DNA of 64,000 nt from Squalus acanthias (GCA_030390025.1 CM059432.1:101496001-101560000); one strand, 5' to 3'; shown: positions 49,490-62,384, counted from the first letter of the stretch. The notes: a model not told the origin generated them from the letters alone. A program made the numbers and translations.

Positions 49490-52400
49490 ATCATATTTCA
49501 TTCAGGATTCTCATATTGTCATAGCCATCGCTGCAAACAACTTGGCAGTCAAGTGAACTAGCAGTCATTTTAAAGTCCATGTAACTTAATACCCCTGTTC
49601 TACTGTCAGCATTTATAGTATTTTAATCAGCATTGCTGAAATACAAGATATAATTTTTATACTATGTTACACAGCTTATTTGATTCAATAATGCTGCAAA
49701 AATTTCTGACTGGACTTGTTTATACATCACCCTGAAGTTGAATAACTAAAACACTTGACAATTGATATATGAACTTTTATCCTAGTTGTTAGTGTATTTT
49801 AGATATAGTTCATGCAATCACTTTAATTTGATTCTATTTTCAGACATACCGATGGTTTAATGTGTTATTATAGTTGTATAACTTTTACGGGGAAATATTC
49901 CCATTTAATTAGCCATAGGTAATGCAAAATTTGAAATGGTCATCCTAACCATAATGAATCTAATTTTTGATCTATGGTAGAATCATTATATTGTGCTCTC
50001 ACCCATGGTGCCAATTCTCTTGTACAGAATGATATATTTTTAAGCAATCAACAGAATTGTTGATTTTATAACACTCATGCCTAAAATACATACAGTATAA
50101 AAATCATTTCATGCTCATTAAATAACTTTTGTTGAATAACTTGCTGACTTAGTTTACTTTTACTTGCTTTCCCTTTCCAAGCTATGGCTACCATATTTGA
50201 AAATTCTCCAGAGAGGGCACCAATGTAAACAAGGAGGGTGGTCTAATGCCTCCCATCATCATGTGAAGTAGATTTCAACTCTCTTCAGAGCTGTTTGCCT
50301 ACCCCTAAATGCAAAGATGTGCTTTAAAAAAAAACTAACAACTGCATTTCATAATGAAATACACAGTAAAATATCTTCTCCAAAATCTACCTGAAATATA
50401 ATGCTGAAAATGGGCATCTGATGATAGAGGAGCAAACTTGGCTGCCAATTGATGGCATGGAAAGGTACTGCAAAAGCACTGGCTTATCACCTGGCGGTCA
50501 TTTTGAGGGTAATCTTTTGGGACTCGGTAGTGGTATTCTCTGCATTTGTGATCTAAACATCAAGTAGCTCGTAAGCGGAAAATTAAACTTATGGGAGAAT
50601 TGCCATGTGCAGTAACCATTCTTGTTTAGTTAAATTGGAACCACAAAACTGAGCACTTGGAAAAAAAACTCCTCAGATCTTTCAGTACTGATTATGTAAT
50701 TATTCCATTTGACAAAATGATTTTGTTTATGACTGGGGTCAGTTATGTAATTTCACCTATATTTTACAAAATAACAGTTTGTCAAACCCCTGAGTTGTGA
50801 TCGTGTTATAAAGTGTAATCTCTCCTAACAAGCTTGAAAATACTCTACAATTATTTTATAACTCTGTAGAAACACACAAATTGTCAGACAATTAAGGCGG
50901 CTCAGGGAGATAGTCCACTTTGTGCAACAACAAACCAAATCTTTTTAATGATACAAAAAAGTTTGTTAAAAGCAAGAAAAAAAGCAAGTGAGGTCCTTGA
51001 AAATACGAAAATGGCAGCACTGCTCAACATATAATTTTTACTCCAATACGTCACTTATACATTTGATTAAAATTGGCCTATGGCAGCAGCTGTTACTGCA
51101 TATCATTTTTATTTGGTGGTACAGCAGCAATTATATTTATTTGTTCATTCAACTGGTTCTCAGCTTAAACTTCTCAACTTACTACATTTGCACTTAAAAC
51201 GTAAAACCCTGTTGTTGTCCCATAGACTCCATACAATGGACACTGCTACTTAATCAAATTTAAAATACTTTCTGTATAAAATAAGCTGGCTGTGTAATTA
51301 CCAATTTCAATTAAAAATCATGAAATGATTAGCTTTAGAAATAAAACAATAAGGGTTATTACTGTGACATTGGTTCAATCGCAGCTTTGGTGACAAAGAC
51401 ACAATTTAACATTGGCTCTGGTTGGCATTGTATTTCAAAGAGTGCACAAACATTACAAATTACTTAATTGCAATTACCAAAGAGAAGAGCTTCAATTTTT
51501 CTATTTTGTTTGGCTCTTTGTTATGTGAAGCATTCCTGACATCCAGATCACAGTTCAAATGCCCCATATTACAACAGACATTCAGATACTACTGGACAAC
51601 TGGATTATGTTTTCCTCTGCTAATATTAATGAAAGGAGGAGAATCTACTCCATTATAATAAAAGATACATTTTATTGACAGACCTGACACATGTTTGGCA
51701 ATAGCCCATAATCCAGTTTAAATTTCGCAGATCAAAAGTATTACTTGAGCTGATACCACTTGACTTTGTCCCAGCTACCAAAGATTCTAATAGTAGTTAG
51801 TGCCTCTTGCTTTCGTCATCTTCCTTTCCACTATTGTAGCAACATATTGCCAAACCATTAATGACAACCATAATACGTTAGAAAAGTTATTTGGTTTCAG
51901 CATATTCCCTACAAATATAAAGATATTTCCTTGAAATAAAAATTCAAAAGCAGATCAAGAGTTTGGGAAAATTCACCCTTAAATCATTTGCAGGTGCAGA
52001 TGAATCAATAATTGGGCTCTGACACATCGAGTCCACCCATTGATTTCGAACAGTCTCATAATGGGATTTTTTTTCAGTAAACTGTAATAATTTGTAAAAT
52101 TCTTTTGTTTCTTTGTGTCAAGTTCAGTCACATCATGTACAACAAAATTTAAAATCTTTCAGAAATTACAACGGTTTACTTTTGAAGAATGAGAAAAATC
52201 AGAGAGTATTAAAAACCCAACAGAAAACTAAAACCCTAATCTGAATAGGGTTTTTTTGAAAACAAATTTAGACAAGTAATGGATCCCTTATTCAAATCAT
52301 AATAAACAGAGGTTTTTGACCTTGAATACACATTTTTAATATTATTACATTTTCATTGTTCTCCTGTTTCATTGATTATGTGTAGGGTCAAATCTGAGCT

Positions 52401-52748
52401 GCAGTCCTCAATATCATCTGTGCAACTCATGACCTCATAAAGTGAAACCAGTTCATATAAAATGAGAGGAGCAATATGATCTTAGCAATACATTCTGCAG
52501 TGTAGATTCAGGATTCAAATTCTGCATTTTAATAAGGTATCCAACATCTGCCAAAATGCTTGAGTTATAAGGGAAAGATTTACTCCAATCCAAAGCACTT
52601 GTTTACAGCGTAATAATTTAATGTAAGAAAATAAAATAGCATTATAAAATGCAATTGACAGCATCAAACAACATTAGCGAATAATGAATAGTTCTTCCAG
52701 ATGTCTCAAGTAGTAAATTAAAGGCTTGATGGAATTCATTTTACTCAC

Positions 52749-52943
52749 CCTTACAAATGGGAACAGGAAAATCCCACGATGCAGTATTCCCTGAGCTGGC
52801 CATACAGGTTAGTTGAGGATGTCCATCGAGGATATAACCATTCACACAGGAGTATGTGATCTTGTCTCCAATATCAAAGCTTGTACCATGAACGATGCCT
52901 CCATGTGGTACACCAGGGTTTCCACAAGTGCTGCTTTGCAACT
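52749..52943 (-). CDS. CSMD3: CUB and Sushi multiple domains 3, internal exon encoding Sushi/CCP domain 1
   Basis: ELQSSTCGNPGVPHGGIVHGTSFDIGDKITYSCVNGYILDGHPQLTCMASSGNTASWDFPVPICK with the C-C-C-W-C Sushi pattern. Acceptor TTTTTTTCTTGGACAG, donor GTGAGT; 195 nt, phase 1-1. ELQSS, GHPQLTC and WDFPVP are the CSMD3-type residues as I recall them, rather than CSMD1/2. Confidence 0.9.
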
Positions 52944-53344
52944 CTGTCCAAGAAAAAAATACAAAATGAAGATTGAGTCCAACAGTAGGTTCCAAATTGA
53001 TCCATCCTCTAATGAACATTTGGGCATATCTTTCTTTGGCCAATAATGCAAGTGAAAAAGTTGATGCAAATATAAAATGGGGAAAACCCACTTTACATTC
53101 GCAAGGACTTTTGCACTCATTAACAATTGGAGGAAATTATACCTCATTATGTATAGTGCTTAGGAAGACAGCATATTAGTAGTCATCAGTATTATGTTCT
53201 AATTATTACAAATTAAATTTACAAAGTAATTTTTTTCCCTCCATTTTTCCCCTCCTCGCCTGACTCAGGCTTTGATGGACAATGGTGCTGATTTCTCACT
53301 CAAATGGCCATACTTCATTTGTAAACCTGTGTAACCACATATAG

Positions 53345-54181
53345 GGCTGGATTTTCTCAATGGGGGCGCGTTGGGGGCGGGACTGCTGGTTGTCGGGTTT
53401 CAGTTCCGCCCCCAACGACGTCCAGTCAACCCACGCTATTTTCCCTTGATTGACCTTGTTAAGCTCGCCCTGTGGGCTTAGCCGGCCAATTAAGGGAAAG
53501 CCGGTGACAGAGGACGTCAGCGTATGATGTTTCATCTGTCAAAATTTTTTGACAGATGAATCATCAGCGTTTGACAGCTTTGAGAAGCTGTCCAACACTG
53601 ACAATCTCTGTTCTTTGGTGAGTCCTTGTACTGAAGACTCACCAAACCTCTTTCCTCAGCAGAAATCAGATGGCTGCTGCATCTGAGAATGCAGCAGCCA
53701 TTCTGTCATCTCTGCCGTTGAGATGAGGCACACCCAAATCCCCAAGGGTTGAAGCCTGCAGGAAGAAGCAAAGGTAAGTAAACTTTTTCTAACACTTTAC
53801 ACTCACCTCTCATACTTACCTCTCCACACTTGCACCCATCACTCACCTCCACAGTGGACTTTTCGATCCCTCTCACCTCCGCAGACCCACTGCTCGCCTC
53901 GCTGACCCTGGCAAGGTTCGCAGCTGTCGGGAAGCCCACACTTGCAGGGGTAAAATGGGGATAAGCCTCTTAACTGCCTGTTAACTATCTGCTAACAGGT
54001 AGTGAATTGGCTGTAATCCCCTTCCCTGCCTCGAGGTCCCTGCGCGACTTGGGGAGCCGCCTCCCGGGAAGATGGCACAGAGGCGGGTTGGAGCGGGTTC
54101 GGTACGCGCTCCCAGTTTCTGCCATTTTCCCGGCAGTCCTGCCTCCATACCCACCTCCCCAGGGCTGGGAAAATTCCCTCC
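53345..54181 (+). mobile_element. Harbinger non-autonomous derivative (subfamily B)
   Basis: GGCTGGATTTTC / GAAAATTCCCTCC with TSD TAG. Confidence 0.88.
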
Positions 54182-54350
54182 TAGTTTCCAAAATCACTCA
54201 GTTTTGTTAAAACTGCTTGTGTTTTAGGTAGTTCTGCTCAATTTGGAGTCTGCTATTTTACACACAGTGCCTCACAATACAACCTTGACAGAAATATGCT
54301 CTGAGTTAATATATTAGGCCATTAATGAAGATTTATGATGTAATCACCAT

Positions 54351-54495
54351 GGGGGTAAATTTCCATGGGACTTCTCCCACTCCGCCATTGTAACTTCACT
54401 AGAAACCACGTTTACGCATGTAGGTGAAGTTTCAGTCAAACTTCGATCAAAGTTACAGCAGCGGAATGGGAGAGACCCCGGGGAAATTCAGTCCC
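54351..54495. mobile_element. 145-bp fold-back MITE
   Basis: GGGGGTAAATTTCC / GGAAATTCAGTCCC with TSD CAT. Inner arms TCTCCCACTCCGCCATTGTAACTT / AAGTTACAGCAGCGGAATGGGAGA. Confidence 0.7.
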
Positions 54496-56749
54496 CATGA
54501 TTGTTATCAAGAAATAATTTGTGGTTGCTTATTTGTAAACGATACATATTGTACTACGTTAAGATAGAAAACGACTCAAGGGATAGAATCGCTAGGTGTT
54601 AACAATCCACTGCATGTTTGTAATACAATGTTTGCATACAACAGAAACCATTTTCAATTTTCTGATTTATGAGACTGAACAGTCACTATTGAATTGACTG
54701 AATAAGCAATTTATTTTATTCTGTCTGCCAAAATGAGGCATTTCAATGCAGGGAATGAGACATTCTTCTCACTGCATTCTGTTGTCGAGCCTGCATTCGT
54801 TAAATAATCAGAATTGCATTCTGTGACAAAGTCAAGCATTCGCAATGTCATGTATTGCAAAGATTAGAGCTCTGATTTTAACTCGGGGCCAGAAATCAGT
54901 GTGAGGCTCACAGGGTGAGTGGGAGGCTGGCCCTAACTTGCGACGTGAGGCCCAGGCCATTTTAACTGCCGGGCCTCATGATCATACTCCAGGCCCAACT
55001 CCCGCACGAACCCGGCAGGAATGATCTGGAGGTCGGCAGGCGGGAGCAGGGCAAGCACAGCAGGAGACCGTAGAGCAGCACTCCACCTTCTCGGCACTTC
55101 TGTGATGTTTCCATTGTCTGCACCATGGTCTGATGGCCTAACTATGGCTCAAAAGTTGTCTACCTTTTTAAACAACCATTTTTAATTGAAGGCTGTACTT
55201 ATGAGGTGATGAATGTTAGTGCTGGAGAATGGATCCATTTCTCTTTCAGGCACTCAATGTTAGCAATAATTACTCCCAGGTTAGAAACAGAACAAAGCTT
55301 CTCCTTTTCCCCCATTTCACAGACCAGTCATCCTGTGGTTTCTCTAACTGAGACTGTCAATTTAGAGCAAATTAGGGTTAGTTTTATGCTAGGCGTTCCT
55401 GTCGATTAGGAACTGGATTGCAACTGCCTGATTTCATTTCACATGAGCTTTTCACCCAATCAATTCACAGTAAACTGAAACCGAGGTCCAAGAGGTCAAA
55501 GAGCAATGTTTAATCTGCAGCATCACCCAGTCTCCTAGATTCATAGCTACTAAGAAATGTGTTGACACTGTCCAAACCCAGTTTACTAGAAATCTATAAC
55601 ATTTATCATAAAGAGATCATCGTTGTAACTGACTGGAAAACCCAGCATTAAAATTGCACCTAACTTGCTCTAAATTGGCATTGACTGTTTAGTTTCAGTT
55701 TGCTGAATATAAAGATCAAATACACTGGAGTCTTATGCAATAGGTGGGATGGACAAAATATTTTGCGTTGGACAAGACTCTAACACCAGGATTAACTAAA
55801 CTATTGCTGGCTATACAAGGAGCAAAATTGAAACATAGTAATAATTCACATAGCTATAGCTAGCCTGTGTAATTTTCATGAAACAGCTGATGAAATAAAA
55901 CCTGGTATGACCTTAGTTCAGCTCATGTGGTACAAGAACAATTCAGTTCAACTCATGTGACACATGCCAGTGACAAAAAAAAACACAAAAATTCTACTTG
56001 TATATATGTTACATAGAATAATATTGATGGGACATATATTCCAAGGCAGTAACAGAGCTCATAGTTGGAATGCTATTAGTAAACTACACAAGCTTAATTT
56101 CTACAATTACTGCGTTATTTCACTTCCTTGATGCATTACTGCCTTCTAACACATTTCAACCTGTGTCGGGGCAGAGTGATTACGAGAGCTGTGGAGGAGG
56201 AACAATCTGAGTTAAAAAACCCGTATCTTTCGTTGGTGGCCACAGGGGCCGCTGAAAAGTCCTGAGACGAGTAGGACCGGCTCCTGCCCCACTCATCGCC
56301 AACCAGTCTCATAAGCCTATCTGAGCACACTATGAGGGTGTACATCTTTCCATTGCCTTAGCAGGGTAATATACAAGCAATCCTGCTTCCCATGGCCCCA
56401 ATAAATTTTAAGAAACTCATTGGCCCGGTATTTGCGGTCAGCGGCGAAGCAAAGGCGTTTGCCGCTGGCCCCGAAGAAAGCTTCCCGTAGAGATCTCGTG
56501 TTTTCTGTGGCAAGAAGTTTGCCTTTTTCGACGCGCAAGTGATTTCAGTGCATTATAATTAGAATCCCCTCGCGCAATCTGCTGTGACATCAACAAGCTG
56601 TTTAAGCAGCCAATCACATTGCAGAATTCTCACACTCAGGGAAGCAGAAAATGAGAACCTGCTTTTATCCCGACTTTTTAAAAATGTTACAGAGAGCAAA
56701 ACAGGGCTCTCACATGGGGATATGGTAGCACCTGAAATAAATATGAACA

Positions 56750-57068
56750 AACCTATATTTTTATAGCACCTTTCACATCCACAGCACACCCCAAAGCACT
56801 TCACAGCCAGTGAACTACTTTTGCTATGTAGTCACTCTTATTATGTGATCTAAAGCAAAAGCCAATTTGTGCATGGCAAGATTCCACAAACAGCAAATTA
56901 AATAAATGACAAATTAATCTGTTTTGAAAGCATTGAATATCGGGAGAACTCCACTGCTCTTCTTCAAATATTGCCAATAGAAGCTTTTACACCCACTTGA
57001 ATAGGCATACAGTGACTTAATTTAATGTCTATTCCAAAAGACAGCACCTCAGACAAAGCAGCATTGAA
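56750..57068 (-). mobile_element. DeuSINE/SacSINE1-like SINE, degenerate
   Basis: Similarity to the 25870 and 30405 copies. Confidence 0.65.
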
Positions 57069-57804
57069 ATAAATGCGACACAAAGAAGTCCTAATAAAAC
57101 TGAAGTCAATTGGGATCATTGGGAAAACTCTCCAGTGGCTGGAGTTGGGCAGACAGGGGAGCCGTGTGGCAAATCCCCCTGACACCACCAGTGTGAGGCC
57201 TGGTGATATTCCAGGCCTTATTTACATACTGCCAGTCAGTTTCCCACCCAAAACCAGAGGGACACGGCAGGAGTCCACCGTCAGCCATGAGAGGTGGTTT
57301 CTGGAGAGCATCCCGAATTTGAGGGAGGTTGGGGACCCGGGGCAGGAGAGGCTTAAACTCCTCAAAAGAAAGAAAAAACCTTACCTGTTTGGGCCTCTTC
57401 TGGCCCCAACTCCTCTTCCTGCTAGATTAACCTGGCAGGAAAGCCACAACTGCTTCCTGGCTCAGACCCACAGTTAAAGTAGCAGTCAGGCCCTGATGGC
57501 ATCATTGGAGCCCAATCAACATATTTAAAGAAGGATCCCACCAGTGTCTGGCAGGTGCCCTTCTCGTTTGTTCAGAAGAGCAGGTTAAAACAAGAGGCTG
57601 CAGGAAGAGAGTGGGACATTGGTGGGTGAGCCTCACGGGTGATTTTAACTGCCTGTCCACCAGTGTGCACCAGGCTGGCAGGGTTAAAATAGCCTCTAAT
57701 AGTTTACAGTCCCTTCCAAATGTTAAGTAGCAAAAAGAAGCTAAAACCAAGATACTAATTATATATGTGATGAATCAGCCAAAATTTATGGGGAAATAAT
57801 TCAT

Positions 57805-58770
57805 ACTTTAAGAAAGATGTCAAGGCCTTAGAGAGGGTGCAGAGGAGATTTACTAGAATGGTACCAGGGATGAAAGACTTCAGTTACGTGGAGAAACTGG
57901 GGTTGTTCTCCTCAGAGCAGAGAAGGTTAAGGGGAGATTTGATAGAGGTGTTCAAAATCTTGAAGGGTTTTGATAGAGTAAATAATGAGAAACTGTTTCC
58001 AGTGGCAGAAGGGTCAGTAACCAGAGGCACAGATTTAATGCCCCAACTCCAGCCACTGGAGAGTTTTCCCAATGATCCCAATTGACTTCAGTTTTATTAG
58101 GGCTTCTTTGTGCTGCATTCATTTCAATGCTGCTTTGTCTGAGGTGCTGTCTTTTGGAATAGTCATTAAATTAAGTCACTGTATGCCTATTACCACCTCA
58201 TCTTGCCTTGAATATCTCTTAATGTCTCTCAATGTCTCTTTATCTCTCCTGCTTTCTATCCTACCACTGACCTTGCCTTTTGTTCTTTCATCCCCTCCCC
58301 CTTTTCCCAGCATTATACTTGCTTTAAAATCTATTTCATTTCCTGCTTTTTTCCAGTTCTGACAAAAGGTCTTTGACCTGAAACGTTAACTCTGTTTCTC
58401 TCTCCACGGATGCTGCCTGGCCTGCTGAGTTTTTCCAGCGTTTTCTGTTGTTATTTCGGATTTCCAGCATCCGCAGTATTTTGCTATCAGATTTAATGTA
58501 ATTGGCAAAAGAACCAGAGGCGACATGAGGGGAAAAAAATCACGCAGTGAGTTGTTACGATCTGGAATGCACTGCCTGAAGGGGTGGCGGAAGCAGATTC
58601 AATATTAATTTTCAAAAGGGAATTGGATAAATACTTGAAAAGGAAAAATTTGCAGCACTATGGCGAAAAAGCAGGGGAGTAGGACTATTGGAGAGCTCTT
58701 TCAAAGAGCCGACACATGTACGATGGGCCAAATGGCCTCCTTCTGTGCTGTATCGTTCTATAATTCTATG
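57805..58770 (+). mobile_element. CR1 3' fragment split by a Penelope insertion
   Basis: QRRFTRMVPGMK...RRLRGDLIEVFK...VTRG; resumes after 58498 and ends in a TTCTATG tail. Confidence 0.85.
58041..58487 (+). mobile_element. Penelope 3' terminal insertion (58191-58487) with templated 5' segment (58041-58190)
   Basis: 11-bp TSD CAGATTTAATG (58030-58040, 58488-58498). The 3' part is homologous to 37990-38950. Confidence 0.8.
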
Positions 58771-59540
58771 ACATGTGCTTCATAACTATTTCAGGGGTTT
58801 CATCATATTGGAAAAAGGAAAGATTTAAAGAAAGTAATAGCAGATGGAGCAAATCGTGCGTTTTTTGAAATGTGGGGCAAACTGACAACTGATTCAGTGG
58901 TGATCAACATAAGACTAGATAAGAAATTTCTCTGCCACACCTTCTAAGGAAATGATTGCACTGAACCAAAGTATAGAGGAAAGGTTACCGACTATTTGTT
59001 TCCAATCCATCTACATTCCTGTCACTATATAGAACATTAAACAGCCGTGAAGAGTAAAAGATAATGCTAAATATGTAAATGTCTGTGGGTAATTTCATGC
59101 CAACTTTTCATTTTGCCCATTTGAGTTTCACTAATTACATTTCCAATGCTGCTGAGAAAACAGCTGAAATCTAACATAGTAATTAAGGTGCCATGAGGTA
59201 TGAACATGAAAGCCCTGAACCGATCAGAGATAATTATCATCAGTACATCAAACAAAGAAACGTTTGCTAAATTATGCTTCAAACTATAACAAATATTATA
59301 CAAAAATTTGACCCCTCTTTTCAATTATTAACCGAAGTACAAGAGCAGTAGCCAGTAAGAGGTTGGAGAGTACAAAATTCAATTCCAGGGTTGTCTCAAG
59401 TTAGTTGGTTTCAGATAGGGTGCTGATGAGGGTACTACAATTTGCCTAAACACCCCTGGATTAGAGACGGAACATCAGCCAGAGTTCATTTTCAGGATTA
59501 CCACCCAGCGGTCCTTGTTGGAAGTGCACTTGGACATTAA

Positions 59541-60379
59541 GGCCACGATTTTGCCGGTGCTCAGAGAGGCGGGTCAGAGGTTAAAATCCTATTGATTGAC
59601 GGCGGATCCCGAACCCGCTGTCAACCCACTTCCAAACAGCTTTCCCAAGTGTCGGGTCCCTGATTTGCGAATGGACCCGACAGCTAGCGGCGGGAAACAG
59701 ATTAAAGGCAATTACCTGCCTATTAACAGGTACTTGCCAGTAGTTTTCAGCCTGTTTTTGGATTTTCCCACTTCTGGGTCGGGTTTCCCGATGTCCGGAC
59801 ACCACGCCAGGTAAGTGTGGTGTGTTGTGAGTCTGGTGTAATGTTTGTGAAAAGATGACAGCTGCAGAAGTGGTGTGAAGGATGCAATGTTGCACATGGT
59901 GAGTTTCAGAGCAAAGAAAATGTTGGTTACTGCATTTTTAAAACATATACATATTTCTTTAGCTTAGAAGGTTTGAAATCCAACTATATGCCACCTCATT
60001 GGGAGAACCTCTCTCACCAGTGACAGATTGCTTCTGTCATCTCACCTACAACTGCCATCTATTCCAGCATATGGAGGGAGTCATTGGAGAGCCTGGGCAC
60101 AAGAGTTCACCTTTGTGCAGTGATTGTCAGTGTTTTCAGCACCTCAATGCTGTCAAACACTGAGAAATCAACTGTCAAAATAAAATTGTGCATGGTCCCT
60201 TTAAGGAAACCGGCTGATGACACGTCATCAAATGACGTCATCAGACCCGCTTCCTGTTAAAGGGCGGGCTTAACAAGGTCAATCAAGGGAAAATCACATC
60301 TGTGGAGCGGTGGGTAGGACCGGAACCCGGAAACCAGCTGACACGCACTCATCCCGACACCGAATGCAAAATCGCGGCC
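59541..60379 (-). mobile_element. Harbinger non-autonomous derivative (subfamily A, inverted)
   Basis: GGCCACGATTTTGC / GCAAAATCGCGGCC with TSD TAA; inserted in an old SINE. Confidence 0.9.
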
Positions 60380-60723
60380 TAAGTGAGGACACGATTGAAT
60401 TTAGTGCTGTATGATATATGGTTAAATACTTTAATAAAAACAGAAAATGCTGGAAATACTCAGCAGGTCAAAGTTAAATAATTTGTTGGAACTCATTGTC
60501 TAGACTCACACCTGAATTATGGGCTATTTAGGCAAGGTACTGGAGGGTAACTGGCACCCATGAAGCCATACCCCATCTTTGGGAGAGGAAGCGAGAGGTT
60601 TAGCAAAAATAAAGCACAAAACATCAACAGGAAGATTAAGAAAAACACAAAATGCCAAACTTTGCTGGTCTCAGCCAAGTGTAACTTCTGGATTATTAAA
60701 GTAAATTTCCGAACAAACTCATT

Positions 60724-62384
60724 GGGCTCGATTTTACCAGCCCTGAGGAGATGGGTTTGGAGGCGTGTCAGCTGGTAAAATCGGAAAAAGTGGCTTCAGA
60801 CACCCAACCTGCCTCCATCCTGCCCCCACGCGATTTTCCTGAGTGTCTGTACAGCTGCTCCCAAACTGACCCGACTCCAACCAGTGGGACAGGTAGTTAA
60901 GGCAGTTAAGAGCCTGTTAACTGCCTTGATAATTCTATTTTGACAGAGGTTTCCCATTTTCCTGCCTTTGGCTCCTGTTTCCCGTCTTATCAGAACTGGT
61001 ACAAAACTTTAAAAGAACTCCTGTAACATGGCTGGCATTCAAATGCAACAACGTTGTTGTTGGAGGTTTGGGATAAGCTTTTGCAAATCTACTGACCTTG
61101 TGTCTGGTCAAGCTGACACACATCTGCTGTTTGAACTGATTGGAATAATTTTAGGCCACTTTGAGTGTGCGCTTGCAAGCTTCTTGCCTCAACTGAAATC
61201 TATAACAACGGGATGGGAACCATTTACATCCTTTCACCCTGGTCACCAGATTTGGAGGAAGAGCAGCGCGGCTTAGTGCTGCCGGATGAACAAGTGTCTC
61301 AGCACACAGCCTCCTTTGGAGGAAGATGAAGAGGAAGATGAAGAGGACGATGAAGAGGACGAGGAAGAGGATGAGGAGGACGATGGGGAGTGACGCCTTG
61401 CGGGGCCGGATGTGGCCAATCCAGCAGCAGACGACCACATTGCTGGCCGTCAGGCAAGGGATGCAGTCATCCATGCCAGATTTGCGTAATCTTACGCTTC
61501 AACCACAGGTGGCTGGCACATGGAGATGAATATAAGTCCGACATTCTCAAAACCCCAGGCATCATCTGTCCAATAAACGGTGGTTTGCGCTCAGGGTCAC
61601 CACCAACATTCTACATGGAATTCGCCCTGAGCTCTCACTCTTGAACTTCTATTTCCCAGAACACAGAGGCCACACTTTAGGTGATCTCAGCATTTCATTA
61701 AACCTTTTTCCACACTGAACCCAGATGCGTCTGCACACAGACCTCAAGCTCACCTCCTCAGCAATTTGCAGCCAAGCTGCCTTGGTTTACTGAGGAGGCC
61801 TCCTCCTTCCGTTTCCAGGGAAGAGGAGCTCTGACGTCCTCTAACTCCCTCAACAAGAGCCTGGAGAGAGCCCTCATTGAACCTGGGTGCAGCCTTAGTT
61901 ATTGGGGCTGCCATTCCTGCAGCAGCCAGGACTTTTAAGAGAAAAAAGCATTAATATCACTAAGCCAATTATTGGAACAAATCTGGCATCATTTTCATTT
62001 CATAGTCAGATTATAAATTGATATATAAAAAAAAATCATAAAAATCTTTCTGGAAAAATATGACCCGCAATTTAATTCATTAAATTTTGTTCAGAACAGA
62101 CGCTGTCAACTCCCCTTTCTATATATTACTGCACCAAACCATCACATTGACATTTTTCCCCAAAGGGGACATGGCCCCTTTAAATTTTCTTTCAAACAAC
62201 GCGTCATCAGACGCGAGAAACTGACAGCCTCCAAGCAATTGCCTGGAGGGACCCGCATTATGGCTGTAATGAGGCCAATCAACGCAAATTCGTAAGTTCT
62301 GGGATGCGGCTGCCGGAAGCGGGTCGGAAAGCCTCCGAGCAGCGGACCCGCACTCAAGCCGCCTCCATTAGTAAAATCGCGGCC
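60724..62384 (-). mobile_element. Harbinger internal-deletion derivative of the 1-4121 family
   Basis: GGGCTCGATTTTAC / GTAAAATCGCGGCC. Transposase N-terminus (ATG 61213) fused to the C-terminus (HARFA*, 61489). Myb exon-1 remnant on the minus strand at 61676-61914. Confidence 0.85.

Noticed and set aside
1..52748. Additional CSMD3 (CUB domain) exons
   Set aside because: I searched by eye for CGG...SP.FP..Y-type coding on the minus strand and found none. A tblastn with CSMD3 would be decisive.
52741..53091. 116-aa standalone ORF
   Set aside because: Only 52749-52943 is Sushi-like; the rest is read-through into intron past clear splice sites.
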